This document shows positions 37,601 through 49,300 of a stretch of DNA of 64,000 nucleotides, piece by piece. The stretch is from Saccostrea cucullata (Eukaryota), in the NCBI RefSeq assembly GCF_032062105.1, contig NW_026931375.1, forward strand, positions 248,001 to 312,000, in the 5' to 3' direction. Below the pieces are notes generated by a model. The model made no database searches. It was given only the letters and a program-made list of their open reading frames with translations, and was not told where the DNA came from. Positions within the stretch are counted from its first letter, which is position 1. The number at the start of each line of letters is the position of its first letter. The position numbers and the translations under genes are program-made.

Positions 37601-38529
37601 AAATTCTCTGTGTTTCAGTGAAACTGAAGTGAAATTCTGGCAGTACAGGAGAATACAATCATGTGAATTTTATATTTGACCATTCTTTTATTCAAAGCAT
37701 GCAATGCTCCACAAGCAAAGGGAAATAACTTCTTTTGTTATACCATTTAAAATTGTTCCTTTATTAATCTATACTGCCATTTCTAATGTTTACTGCTGAA
37801 GTTTACATCTATGGCAAACATAATAGCCAGTGCAATATGTCCCTGTAAAAAGTGAAAGGTAAAAGATTTATTGACCCTGTTCTTGCATGGGTAGAATGCA
37901 TTTTGCTGACCCTCAAAACAAGCTGTTTGTCTTCAGCTTATTGGCCTAACACAGTTTTCTTGGGTCCAACAAAATGAATGTTACCTTTTAGCCCAGTCAA
38001 TAAATTTATACAGCTGCATGCTATATGTCTAAAGTCCAATATTAACTTCAGTACTATGAATATAAAGGAATGAGTAATGTTAAACAGGATGACTTAATTT
38101 TTTTATCATTCTCTTTTTTTCCCTGTCTTTTGCATTTATTTTATGAGCAGTTCAAAGTTTGCATTCTTCACAGTTGTAATCAATTCATTTCCCAAGATGA
38201 CATTATCAAACATAAAAGTCTGGCTAGACATAAAAGTTATACTTTTTATTGAGCCTGTGTACATTTCCAAACCTTCCAAGTTAATTTTTTGTAGTGTGTG
38301 GCTCCAAAAGACATTTAAAAATCATTTAGAATATCTTTTATGAAGGATAATTTTTAATAATTTCTTTTTTCAACATTTTGGCAATTTCATTGAACATTTT
38401 TCTTCTTTATGTTAAATTCAATCATTTTCTGATTTCATTTTGCTTTGTTTCCATAGTGACCACACTGTGGGAATCTGGGCCATCAAGTCCGGAACAGACG
38501 TCAATGAAAACGGGGAGAATTTGGAGTAG
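118..38529 (+). CDS. KIF21: Kinesin-4 family KIF21A/B-like motor protein, 5'-truncated by the window (motor C-terminus, coiled-coil stalk, C-terminal WD40 repeats)
   Basis: Phase-consistent exons: 118-233, 391-586, 853-1045, 1259-1325, 1416-1697, 1848-1998, 2204-2294, 4960-5354, 5730-5906, 9136-9229, 9525-9616, 9942-10010, 10120-10191, 10478-10597 (GC donor), 12019-12120, 12388-12547, 15226-15271, 19398-19488, 23893-24131, 24430-24588, 33983-34120, 35327-35466, 35759-35942, 36192-36353, 36535-36652, 36780-36950, 37154-37353, and last exon 38457-38529 (or 37619-37679). Kinesin motifs [21 protein letters not shown] and [18 protein letters not shown]; KIF21-type segments [14 protein letters not shown] and QELLYAD; WD40 repeats (GHSKAVLSL..., [10 protein letters not shown]..., AHKDWICAL...). 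Confidence 0.95.
2472..4521 (+). mobile_element. Non-autonomous Helentron-associated element (HINE/DINE-like) with ~10-11 copies of a 166-bp Cg170/HindIII-like satellite
   Basis: Subterminal IRs GCTCACCTGAG / CTCAGGTGAGC, (GTCT)n microsatellite, 3' hairpin GGCCCATGGGCC, T-rich flanks; period 166 measured at 3060/3226/3392/3558. Confidence 0.85.
6256..6288 (+). CDS. KIF21: Candidate 33-nt in-frame cassette exon of KIF21 ([11 protein letters not shown])
   Basis: ttctttcag|TTG...GAG|gtaaca; phase 0-0, matching the host intron; open frame with coiled-coil-like sequence. Confidence 0.55.
6471..8225 (+). mobile_element. HINE-type element with a 147-bp tandem core (~9 copies)
   Basis: SubTIRs AGCTCACCTCAACG / CGTTGAGGTGAGCT, (GGCGTC)n microsatellite, 3' hairpin GTAATC-TCT-GATTAC; period 147 at 6900/7047/7194/7341/7488/7635. 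Confidence 0.85.
10673..11887. mobile_element. Non-autonomous hAT-type DNA element
   Basis: TIRs CATACATGCCAACTT / AAGTTGGCATG(TACATG)TATG; 8-bp TSD TCTTCGCC / TCTTCACC with one mismatch; subterminal ATCGGGA repeats. Confidence 0.75.
13095..14216. mobile_element. Non-autonomous hAT-type DNA element
   Basis: Perfect 15-bp TIRs TAGGGCTGAAACGAT / ATCGTTTCAGCCCTA; perfect 8-bp TSD ATTGCTAT (13087-94 and 14217-24). Confidence 0.9.
14266..15209 (+). mobile_element. HINE / pearl(CvA)-like element with ~4.5 near-identical 156-bp core repeats
   Basis: SubTIRs AGCTCTACTGGT / ACCAGTAGAGCT, (GTCC/GTCT)n microsatellite, 3' hairpin AGTCTC-GACA-GAGACT; periods 156, 156, 154, 156. Confidence 0.85.
15846..15869 (+). 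CDS. KIF21: Candidate 24-nt phase 2-2 micro-exon of KIF21 (RKRYTLKY)
   Basis: tgtttcag|AAAACG...TACAG|gtagga; length is a multiple of 3; open in the host frame. Confidence 0.45.
16330..16386 (+). CDS. KIF21: Candidate 57-nt phase 2-2 cassette exon of KIF21 ([19 protein letters not shown])
   Basis: ccctccttttcag|AGTG...ATTAG|gtaata; multiple of 3; open in the host frame. Confidence 0.55.
17456..17525 (+). CDS. KIF21: Candidate stop-containing KIF21 exon encoding a hydrophobic C-terminus (S)[22 protein letters not shown]
   Basis: First AG after a 162-nt AG-free, pyrimidine-rich zone (17292-17453); reads in the phase-2 host frame to TGA at 17523-25; donor-like TTG|gtacgt at 17538/9; AATAAA near 17727. 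Confidence 0.4.
18751..18763 (+). CDS. KIF21: Candidate 13-nt phase 2-0 micro-exon of KIF21 (RKFKK), alternative to exon 19398-19488
   Basis: tttaacag|AAAATTCAAGAAG|gtatgg; same entry and exit phases as the 91-nt exon. Confidence 0.4.
21334..21348 (+). CDS. KIF21: Candidate 15-nt phase 0-0 micro-exon of KIF21 (ELASP)
   Basis: Branch-point-like CCTAAC at ~21317, ttttag acceptor, consensus CCG|gtgagt donor, in frame. Confidence 0.6.
22426..23082 (+). mobile_element. Degenerate HINE of the 166-bp-core family
   Basis: Ends TTTTTAGCTCACTTGAGCC... and ...CAGGTGAGCCTTATGGTCCATTGGTCTCTTGTT, with two decayed core units. Confidence 0.8.
25072..30497 (-). CDS. Uncharacterised ~446-aa protein, nested antisense in KIF21 intron 24589-33982 (N-terminal coiled coil, long basic/Ser-rich low-complexity region)
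   Basis: Minus-strand exons 30497-30388 (ATG in aaacATG context; the exon itself starts at 30551), 27449-26435 and 25287-25072 (TAA). GT-AG sites with matching phases (2, then 0). Total 1341 nt = 447 codons. Includes most of the 354-aa ORF of the track. Minus-strand AATAAA near 24843-24848. Confidence 0.8.
25483..25668. mobile_element. Tc1/mariner (pogo/Tigger)-type MITE
   Basis: TA|CAGTGGAGCCTCATTTATCCGGACGC ... GCGTCCGGATATCTGAGGGTCCACTG|TA; internal TCCGGATA repeats. Confidence 0.8.
31669..32345. mobile_element. Tc1/mariner-type MITE
   Basis: TA|CAGCTAACTCCACTTATATTGAA ... TTCAATATATCCGGAGTAGGCTG|TA; imperfect TIRs with TA TSD. Confidence 0.65.
34325..35210 (+). repeat. Intronic minisatellite, ~24 units of mostly 37-38 bp (some 26 bp)
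   Basis: Constant core CCACTCACACAACAGGTGCTTGTCA plus a few recurring linker types; accounts for the repetitive ORFs in the track. Confidence 0.95.
37619..37679 (+). CDS. KIF21: Alternative last coding exon A of KIF21: (N)[19 protein letters not shown]
   Basis: tgtgtttcag acceptor in phase 2; completes the final WD repeat FTASN-ETEVKFW; AATAAA near 37999. Confidence 0.65.
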
Positions 38530-40854
38530 ACCTGGCAGTAAGTCAGGTAACAAGTCCCGGGTCTGAAAGACTCATCTAGCCTCAACAGAGAAGTTCTATC
38601 CTCTTACATACAAACTGTGTCGGAAATGTAAAGTGCTGATATTTTGATAATGTCAGTGAATTAAGTCTCTTCTAAAGACTTTGAAGGAAAGTACAGTGCA
38701 ACATTTCAAGTCTGGGAAGATTTAAAGAAATGGCGATAATGTTCTTCATGATGATTTCACAAACACAGGATCAAACCAAGGAGAATTATTCATTGTTTAC
38801 ATTGGAAAGGAACCAGTATTTTTTCATGTTGGAAAGTGTCATCGTACATTAAAAATGGAAACATTGTAAATTGTTATTCTGTTGTTAAATTGCTAAGGTT
38901 GTGATGAAATTTTGCCGCAGCTTTAAACATGTCTATGGTGCAGTTAGCTAAGCTTTACAGTTGTAAATGTGGACACCCTCAGAAAATAAATGGTGCAAAC
39001 AACTCATTTGTCCTGCCAACACATTGGTTTTTTTCTTTTAGTTCAAAGTTTGTCTTGTTAACTTTGAATACAGAGTCTGTTTTACTGAGATTTGTATTCT
39101 ATGACCAGAAATAAAGTATTCCTAAACATTTGTGTAAGTCTTCCAAATAGAAGTTGATTGTTTTGTCCTCAGATGGTCAGTAAACTGATAATATGAATCA
39201 TGCATTTAATTTTTAGTACAGGGGACCAATTTCAAATTATAAACATTTATAGACATTGAATGTAATAGGATTTTTTATGATTTCTGTTGTTGTTATGCTC
39301 ATTTTGATGTGATACTTAACAGAGAATTCTGAATAAATAGGGGAATTTGCAGCTTGAAAATGGAATGTTCAACAAGCACTTTCTCAGTTTTTCTGTACAT
39401 TTCTAAGTTCCATTTATGATACATGTACATGTACAAAGATAATCCACCGCTTTTCAGTGTATATGGTAGCGGGCAGTGCCTTTGTAAAGCTATTACTCAA
39501 AATGAAAATAGTCTGTTGTGTTATATGTACATGTATTTATGTTTGTTTAAATGATATTAAAAATTTATGCTTCATTTTCATATTTCACTCAGTCATTTTA
39601 ATGTGTTGTGTATTAATAACATTCCCTCATGTCTCAGTTTATACACATTTTGTATTATTCTTATGTTAATCTTCATACTTTGTAATATTCGTAAAGTATG
39701 ATTTTTTGCTTTGTTTATATTTTATAATTTTGTAATTCTGTGTATCATTGTTTTCCTTAATTTATTCTCATAAAATGTATTACATGATAACCTTTATATA
39801 ATTGTCAACATGAACAAATAGTAGCTGATCTCACCAAGGGAAATAACCTGTATGTTGTTGATCTTTGAGGCCACTGTGTCAATTGTTAGTTTGTTATATT
39901 TGTAATTACCAGAAATGTAAACAATTTATTGTGCTAAATTTGCAAAAGTACTATGTGCAGAATCATAACTTTGCCACTTTACTGGGAATAGTCTCTTTTG
40001 ATATATATATATCATGTACACATTAATTTAAGAAAGAGTTGCACAGAGTCAAAATTTTCAAGTTCCCTTTACTCACCATGTTAAGCATATTTTAAATGTA
40101 AAAAAAAAAGTAAAGTCTCTGTATTTTTCCTCATTATATACATAATATAAAAAAATACTTATTTTATCAGCTTGCCTCTCTGTTAAGACTCACAAAGTTA
40201 GGGAATTCAATTTTCTTCTGAATGAAATGTGTTGTTTTTCAAATTATTGTGTGTTTTAGTTAACTCAGATCTGATACTGTAACAGACATAATGACCTAAT
40301 TTAACCCAAATGTTATTATAATTCAGTCCATTTTATAATATATATTTATATGCACACAGCATCCCCAAAGAACAAATAGGATATATGATATCATTTATAA
40401 TTTAAGTTGGTACAAGGTTTGTTTTTTTAAGAGAGAAACCTAGAGGTAATAGAAAATTTTAGTTGTCTCATTTATTACAGTGTATTAGAATTAGTAGTAG
40501 CCTGTATTTAGTTAGACTGTCTCAGTTAGTTTGTCTTATTTGTTACCAAAGTATCACCACCCCTATGTTGGGAGGGTTATGAAACTTTGATCTTATTTCA
40601 GGGAATTGTTTCACGTTTAGAACATGTGTAATTGTTATTGCTGGATCTATTGTCATTTTGAAATGTTTGCTTGCTAATAAGTAACATAACTAAATAAATA
40701 TTTTATATTTCATAGATGTTCTTATTTTTAAAAGAGAGAAGTATGCTTTCAAAGTTTTTATATTTCAATGTCTCTAAATGAAAATTTTAGAAATGAAGAT
40801 ACAGTATACTCTGTAAATACTGGTAGGTTTTCATCATTTCAGGAGATAGATAAT

Positions 40855-41190
40855 CCCCCCCCCCCCCCCCCCCCCCATGCAGTGTACCATCTCACCATCG
40901 ATGTTTGAGTCTTTAATGCAATGATGCACTAATAGATGAAGGTATAGTGCGATGACGATGGTGTGACAATGTGATTACGATGCTATGATGAAACGATGAC
41001 AATGGCTCGATAGTTTGATGATGATGAAGCGATGTTCACTTCTATCTTTTTCATTGTGCTATCGCACCATCGGTATCGCATTGTTTCGCCATTGCTTCAC
41101 CGTCATCGTGCCATTGCATTATTACACCATCGGCCCTTAAGCCGATGGTGCAGTTATGAACTTCATTGCCCTATCTGGATTCCATAGAAG
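40855..41190. repeat. Poly-C run followed by a decayed fold-back element of CGATG/CATCG motifs
   Basis: C run at 40855-40876; GATG-rich half (40950-41035) mirrored by a CATC-rich half (41050-41135). Confidence 0.5.
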
Positions 41191-41490
41191 AACTAATTTT
41201 AAATAGATTGATTGAGGACCTACTACAGAATGCATAGAAATTCATCTTAAGAAGTATTTTAGATGCAGCATCCAAAGCTAGGTGAATATGGTCCATCTCA
41301 TTTAGTCCTATGTAAACTGAGGGAATAACTGCCACATAAGCAACCTCTACCCTAATGATGGATAATACCTCTCCCTATCCACTTGTCCAACTATTTAAAA
41401 AACAAAAATATTTTATATATACACCACTTAGCCCTATCTTAACCAAAAAGCCTCTCTTTCTCTCTCTCTCTCTTTTTAAATTCAAGCAAG

Positions 41491-42469
41491 AAACAAGATG
41501 TGTTTGTGAAACACTGATGCCCCCGTATTTCAAAATAGCGAAGGTTAAGCTTTCTCAAATGCAGATCAAATATGTTGGTACCAAAAGTAGGCCTTTTCAC
41601 AAGAAATACGAAATATAAAACGCTAGATACACCTGTTCCAGGGTTATGACCAAGGTTAACATTATATAAGATAGGACAAACTCCGGGTCAAGGTCAAAGG
41701 GTCAAGGTTGTTGGTTTCTAATGAATGGCCTTGTCTCAAAGAATACGTATGGGAAGTATGAAAGCTCTAGCCCTTACTGTTCAAAAGTTAAGGCTAAGGT
41801 CAAAGTTTGTAAAAAGTAGGTCAAACATCAAGGTGAAAGGGTCAAGGTTGTTGATATCAAATGAAAGGTCTTGTCACAAGGATTAAATTTGTGAAGTATG
41901 AATGCCCTAGTCCTAACCCTTCAAAAATTATGGTCAAGGTTGTATTTTTAAAGTAGGTCAAACTCCAAGGTCAAGGTCAAAGGGTCAAGGTTCTTGGTAT
42001 CCTATGAAAGATCTTTTCACAAGGATTACATTTGTGATGTATGAAAGCCCTAGTCCTTATTGTTCAAAAGTTATAGTCAAGGTTAAAGTTTTTTCATAGG
42101 TATGAAAAATCTCTAAAGTCAAGGTTAAAGTTTTGGTATTCAGTGAAAGGTTTTTGAAAGAAGAATACATATGTCAAGTATAAATGTCCTGGTGTCTATT
42201 GTTCAAAAGATATGGCCAAAGTACATGTAAAAGTTCAAACTTTTTGTGTTAAAGTGGGTCAAACTCCAAGATCAAGGTCAAAAGGTCAAATTTGGTTGTA
42301 CCCAAAGAAAGGTCTTGTCACGAGAAATACACATGTGAAATATGAAAGTCATTGCTCCACTAAATCAAAAGTTATAGGTAAGGTTAAAGTTTTTGCGGAC
42401 AAACAGGCAGACGGACGGACACGACAAAAACTATATACCCCCGAAGCTTCGTTTACGGGGATATAAAAA
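41491..42469 (-). mobile_element. HINE-type element on the minus strand with ~6 diverged ~140-bp core repeats
   Basis: Minus strand reads TTTTTATATCCCCG...CGGGGGTATA, then a (GTCC)n microsatellite, repeated TGACCTTG motifs, and 3' CGGGGGCAT plus hairpin GTGTTT-CAC-AAACAC plus ATCTTGTTT. Confidence 0.8.
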
Positions 42470-45400
42470 GAATCATTTTTAGGTTCACACATTTATGCAT
42501 ATAAAACATTCACTTCTCAAAATAATCAAAACTGGAATAAGACCTATCACGTCCTATATTTAACTTGAGAGGATTAAATGCCTGTGTTTAAAAGGTAGTG
42601 ACAGGCACTACCTTAAATCTTTAGCGTTATTCTCCATTGTTTCGAAAGCTTATCTAATTTCTCTTTGCAAGTTGAAAACGTCACATTATCAAATACAATA
42701 TATTTGTATGAAAATTTTAATTTAAAAAAATCTATATTTTGTAAATACTATTATTTATAGTGGTGCCTCGTGCCGCATATATGATAAGGGGTTTGTTTAC
42801 ATTTGCTATGGCGATCAATGAGTTTTAAATCTACTATACGAAATAAAATATGGCGACTTTAAAACACAGGTCACAACACTGACACCGTGATATACGGATG
42901 TGCAAAACAACTCCACAATATAAGTTTGAGGATTAATAATTAAACAAGGTACGTCGCTGCAAGTATAGCTAGAGTATATTTTGCATTTTCAAAGATCGAT
43001 ATTTCCTAAATGTCTAACAGTTGCTGAACATGTAAACTCAGTAGATATAAAGACGATTGATTTTTTTTTTTTATCTTTTAATTTCTTATGTAAAGTGTTC
43101 CAACCATCCCATCTATCAACCAACCCCCAAAGTCGTCTTCTGCATTTGCAGCATACGTTATAGTTTTCATTTAACTTTTGACATAGTAACCTCTGCTCTT
43201 TGTTCAGAGTAGTGAAATTTGGCTGCTAGGTGCATATGATAAATGTATGAGACATTTATCTAAGAAAAAATCGCGCATATATGTTTGTTGGTTTGATTCT
43301 TTCCCCATTGGCAGCTATGGTATGGACCGTGTAACAACAAAAACACCCCCTCCCCGAAATATAACCTTCTAAGAATCTTTGAATAATATTCAATATTCAT
43401 CAAAAAAAAAATTGGGCATCTACCTATACAATTTTTCTCCATTTTTTATGTCAAGTTTTGGAGATTGTCCCTTTAACGGTATTAAAAAAAATACTTAACT
43501 TAAAGTACATATTGTTTTATTTGGATGTCTATTGTACCTAAAAAAAAAATCATCTTGCATTACTTCAATCGCAGACATAAACAAAATCTTTTCTCAATTC
43601 CTTCCATTTGAACACATCTAGACGACGATTTGACTCGGTGAAGCGGTCTGAAGTGCCAAACGCAGTTCTTAACCATTTAAAATCATAATCCTTTTGGCAA
43701 AACTTCCTTACAGCCTAGATTTATTTGTCTATTTTCAGTACAAATATCCTCCTAGCAAACCAAAAGTGGGACTAGCATATTGTCATGTGATGGACGTCGA
43801 AAATATCTCAAATAAGGTCAGCTCCCATGTTGTTGTTTTTTTAATTCTTTCACAAAATCCTGTTCTGTCTTACAAAAGAATTGCAAGAAAATTAAATGTA
43901 TCCATGTGGTTTATTCTGTTAGCAAGATAGACATCTATTAAAATTCCTTATAAAATTATTTTGCGTGTAATTTTGTTATTTTTGAAAGGTATCTTTATTC
44001 TAGTTAACGACTCTTTTTGCCAATTACCACAAGAGAGAGAGAGAGAGGGAGAGAGAGATATACTAGTATATATATATTAAAATTGTCCATTATCATTGTA
44101 TAATAATTGCATACATGTATACCCAGCATATGATCGTTGCGTCTATTCAGCGATGAGTGAAATATTTTAAAAGTGCATTGGAATAAAATAAATACAAACT
44201 ATTAAATGTTTGCACAACCCTTTTTGTATTATTTATCCAATAATCGAAATATTGCTAATAAATGGAGTTTGCTGCGTATGTTTGCCTTTGTTCGAGTATA
44301 TTGTTATTGAATAAATAATCTAGGGTGCTTTTCTGTTAGAATGAATCACTCAAATTCTATCAATAAGTGTGCATAAGTTTAATCTGTAGATAATCCCAGG
44401 AAAGTTAATAGTTAATACAAGGTGTGGACGACTGAATTGGTTTTTCAAGGAGGTCTAAATAATAGTTCACTCTTGATAAGGTTTGTCCAAATTTGTCAAA
44501 TTAATGTCAAAATAAATTCATTTTCATCTGATTCATGTTACAAGGCTGTCAAAATAGCTTCCATATTTAGAGACGGTTAAGTAGATTTCTATCTTCTTTT
44601 TTTATTCAATCTAACGAATCTATGCATGAATGTTTAAAGCAGATCTAATTACGCTTACAAGATAAGCAAATTATCTGTGGGAACAAATTATTTAAAATGT
44701 CATTGATTGTACATCTTAAATGTTACGTAAAAATACTATATCGGGCCTTTAATAAATATATTGACGAGCCCCCAATTCCATTATAGTCCATTTAATTTAT
44801 AAGTTATTCATTATTCATCTCAATCCTTAAAAAGCCTCATGAACTTTTATAAAATTTCGAAAGCAGATTGGTATTCTTAGCGACTTGTCCCAGCATTTGA
44901 AACGGTTTAAGGGTACCTACCACAAACAAAAAATGGATGCGCGGGTTGATATATATTTTTTGACTGATTTTGATTTGTATTGATCTAAATAATAAATCCC
45001 TGAAATATAAAGAAATAGGTTTTCATTGGTGCTTATTTTGAATTTTATTTTGCCTTCTATATATTTCCATACAAAATTTTGCACAATTTTTTATATTAAA
45101 ATACTCTACTTGGTAAACATTATTCAGGTTGTCAATTTAAATGATAATATATGAGAAATAATGCTGATCACTGAAAAAAGTTTGTTTGTGTTATTTATCC
45201 TTAAAGAAAATTCAGATTTTTAGTATTTTGAATTATTTGTTTTATATTAAAATATTGCCTCGATAAAGGGGTAAAAATCTTCACAATCTCCAAAAGGGTT
45301 TTCTAATATTACAATACTTTTGTTTGTAGCTCTTCCTGACTGTTGCTTGTTTAGGGAAATGAACTAATAAAGAAATTATTCATCTGCAATAATATATACA

Positions 45401-45585
45401 TGTATTGGGAAAATGGGCAAGCAAAAGTTTTAACAATGTATATCTCCATAAAATTTATAGTTCTTAGGAAGGAGGTGCGGGTAGGTGGTGGTGCTGGTGG
45501 GGGGGGGGGGGGGGTTAGATTGTTTACATTATGAACAGATGGATTTAAACATGAAGGAATTGGCATTTTTTATTAACTCTTGTAG

Positions 45586-46091
45586 CTTCATTACCACATC
45601 GAGGAGGGAGAACTAAGGGAGATACAGCTATTATTGGACCCCGTTCTTGACAAAACCGTTATTTCAGAGATCGAAGAAAAGGTATGCAACATTTTATGAA
45701 AGCATTTACATGTTTATGTACGAGTATTGTGTATTGGATCAAAACGATTTTAAATTTTGAATTTCGATTGACATTTAAAAGATTTACGCATAATCTTTCT
45801 AATCTATATTTCGATCAAATAACAAACATTTCAGTGAAGCAAGACAGAAAATCAAAACCATAAAGGGCTTGTGATATTCATTTTGTAATTCTATAAGGTT
45901 AAGAATTTTAAGCAATAAATTATCGTTATTAAAGTTCATCTAAGAAAATGTAACTGCTATAGTATATGAAACCATGAATTTTTTATCAACCCAAAAAGAT
46001 TGTGGCGAAAAAAATGAATGCAATGATTATTATATGTCCTAGGAACTAGATATCACAAACAAAAATGGCATAGATACGAATAAGCATGCAG

Positions 46092-46153
<62 letters not shown>

Positions 46154-46280
46154 TGTCGTTGTCGTTGTAGTCGTTGTAGTCGTTGTTGTCGTTGTTGTCG
46201 TCGTTAACTTTTCAAATTTTTCAAAATTTCAACCAAACTTGCTACAAAGTATCCCTGGGTAAAGGGGATTCAAGTTTGGC

Positions 46281-46316
<36 letters not shown>

Positions 46317-49300
46317 CATGAATTTGTTAAAAATTAATGGCATTTTTAAAAAATCTTCTTCTCCAGAACTGCTGGGCCAGGAAAGATGAAACTCATGTGG
46401 AATCATCCTCAGGTAGTGTAGATTCAAGTTTGTTCAAACCATGAAAAAAAATCAAGTTTTACATAGGAATATATAGGAAAAATCTTTGAAAATCTTCTTC
46501 TCCAGAACCAGTGGGCCAGGAAAGATGAAACTCATGTGGAATCATCCTCAGGTAGTGTAGATTAAGTTTGTTCAAATCATGACCCCCGGGGCAATGGGGC
46601 CAAAATCAAGTTTTACATAGGAATATATAGGAAAAATCTTTAAAAATCTTCTTTCCTGAACCAGTGGGCCAGGAAAGATGAAACTCATGTGGAATCATCC
46701 TCAGGTAGTGTAGATTCAAGTTTGTTCAAATCATGACGGGGCAAGGGTGGGGCCAAAATGGCCGACCCAAGTTTTACATAGGAATATATAGGAAAAATCT
46801 TTAAAAATCTTCTTCTCCAGAACCAGTGGGCCAGGAAAGATGAAACTCATGTGGAATCATCCTCAGGTAGTGTAGATTCAAGTTTGTTCAAACCATGACC
46901 TCCGGGGCAAGGGTGGGGCCAAAATGGCCGACCCAAGTTTTACATAGGAATATATAGGAAAAATCTTTGAAAATCTTCTTCTCCAGAACCACTGGGCCAG
47001 GAAAGATGAAACTCATGTGGAATCATCCTCAGGTAGTGTAGATTCAAGTTTGTTCAAACCATACCCCCGGGGCAAGGGTGGGGTTAAAATGGGACCCAAG
47101 TTTTACATAGGAATATATAGGAAAAATCTTTGAAAATCTTGTTCTCAGAACCACTGGGCCAGGAAAGATGAAACTCATGTGGAATCATCCTCAGGTAGTG
47201 TAGATTCAAGTTTGTTCAAATCATGACCCCCGGGGCAAGGGTGGGGCCAAAATGGCCAACCCAAGTTTTACATAGGAATATATAGGAAATATCCTTCTCA
47301 ATTACCACTGGGCCAGGAAAGATGAAACTCATGTGGAATCATCTTCAGGTAGTGTAGATTCAAGTTTGCTCAAATCATGACCCCCGACCCTGGGGCTAGG
47401 GTGGGGCAAAAATGGCCGACCCAAGTTTAACTTAGGGATATATAGGGAAACCTTTTAAAAAAGTACTTCAAAGCTATGATTAGTGATATTTATATGGAAT
47501 CATAGTAAGTGTAGATTCTAGTTTGTTCAAATGATGAACGCCTGGAAGGGGGGGGTAGTAAATTCAAGCCGGATGTGCTCAGGTGAGCGCTGTGGCCCCT
47601 GGGCCTCTTGTTAAATATTGATTATAGTCTTTTTTCATTAAATGTCAGATAGTTATTATTTTTAATATTGACTCGCAGGCATGGTCTCTTCGACTGTTGG
47701 CTAACAAACATTGATGCTATGCACAAAAAAATCATTAACGAAGAAACTAGACAATAGACAGTCATTCTAAGATCCATAGGAATCTGATTTTATTTGCAGT
47801 TCCTACAGAGACATCCCGCTACAGATCCCGTTAATCTCGCAATATCACACAAACACGAACCGATTGCAATCTACCTGGTAGAGAAGGAATTCAACACTGA
47901 TAGAATTTTTCACGTGAGTAGATTTCATAATTTAGTTTTCCTCCTTTAGTTCTTATTTTGCATGTTTACTGTGATGGATTTAAAGGAATTAATAAACTGA
48001 AAATGTTATCAGCTTCGCATAAGGCTTAACGATTAGAAATAGGTCCTACGGATGGATACGTGTAATGAAAATTATGTCAAAAGATTGATTTGAATGTTAT
48101 GGAAATCAGTAGTTAAAAATACATGTAATATATAAAGGTAAAAGAAATACATGTATAAGTAAAGGTAATATCTGCTGAAGACGCCATAGAAAATAATCTG
48201 AAATGCTTTCCGAAGCACAAATAACAAATACAATGTTTTCTAATTGACTAGTGTAGAGCTATTTCCACTGTCTCGTTATATCGTGATTTTAGACCTAGCC
48301 AATCTTCATTCATTATTTACAATGATGAGACAAGATTAGAAGTCACAGTAGCCATATCGATTGTAATAAACAAACCAAATTCCTGTTCAACAATTTGTTT
48401 CATCTCGTGAGAGAGTAATTTTAAAGGAATTTTAAGTGAGAGAATGAGAATATTTGGAAAGGAATTGGATGGGGAAGGGGGTAGAAAATCACCACCCGCA
48501 TACAGGCTTAAACTATGAGTCGTGACAATGAGGTATAATAAATTCTGCCAATGCTAACACTAGATTCTTAGATTTCTGTACTGAATTTGACTATGGAATA
48601 TTACATCTGCCTGATCAGTACATAGGGGATGCTTGCTTATATAAGACACCTGATCCCATGTTATAAAGGGTGGACATTACTCTGTGATATACTCTATGTG
48701 ATGTTGGCATTACACTCACATTTTCTTGAGTGATAAAAATCACTATTTTGAAAAAAAAAAAATTAATCTACATTGGAGGTTGTAAATCCGTCCCCTCTCC
48801 CACATTAAAGATAAAACATACCCTATTTGACTTATACATGTATCAACCACGTTACATATTAAATAAGCACTAAGAGTTTCTGTTTTCTGAATTCATTTAC
48901 TAGTTAATTGTATACTGCTGTTGAAAAATACCCCCACCCCCGGAATCTCTGATCCACCCCTAAACTGATTTTTAAAAATCTTTCTACCTAGTGGGACAAC
49001 CAAGACTGTGACCAGTGGTGCTATTACGACCACGGCATCGATATCTGTGCCTCTCAGTACACGGCGGCGGATCACGCCGAGAAACAGAACCTGTACAAAC
49101 TAAATCAGCTGATCAACGAGATCCGCCAAGGAAAGAGAAAGCCGGGCCAGAGTCTGACGGTACTCAATATCCCGAACTATGTAAATAAACCGGCAGTCAA
49201 AAATCAGGAAGTTAAATCAGAAAAGGTAAACATTTACAACATAAAATTAATAAATTGGGAACAAAAAAATATTGCAATGAAATTGCATGAAATTTTCTTT

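Noticed and set aside
42592-42614. 9-bp-stem hairpin AAGGTAGTG-ACAGG-CACTACCTT flanked by TTAA-like sequence
   Set aside because: Too short to separate a collapsed transposon end from chance; bacterial terminators are not relevant here.
42800-42954. Putative first coding exon or promoter of the ankyrin gene (X-box-like TTGCTATGGCGA, donor AAG|gtacgt)
   Set aside because: Stops occur in the required frame; at best a non-coding first exon, and the evidence is too thin.
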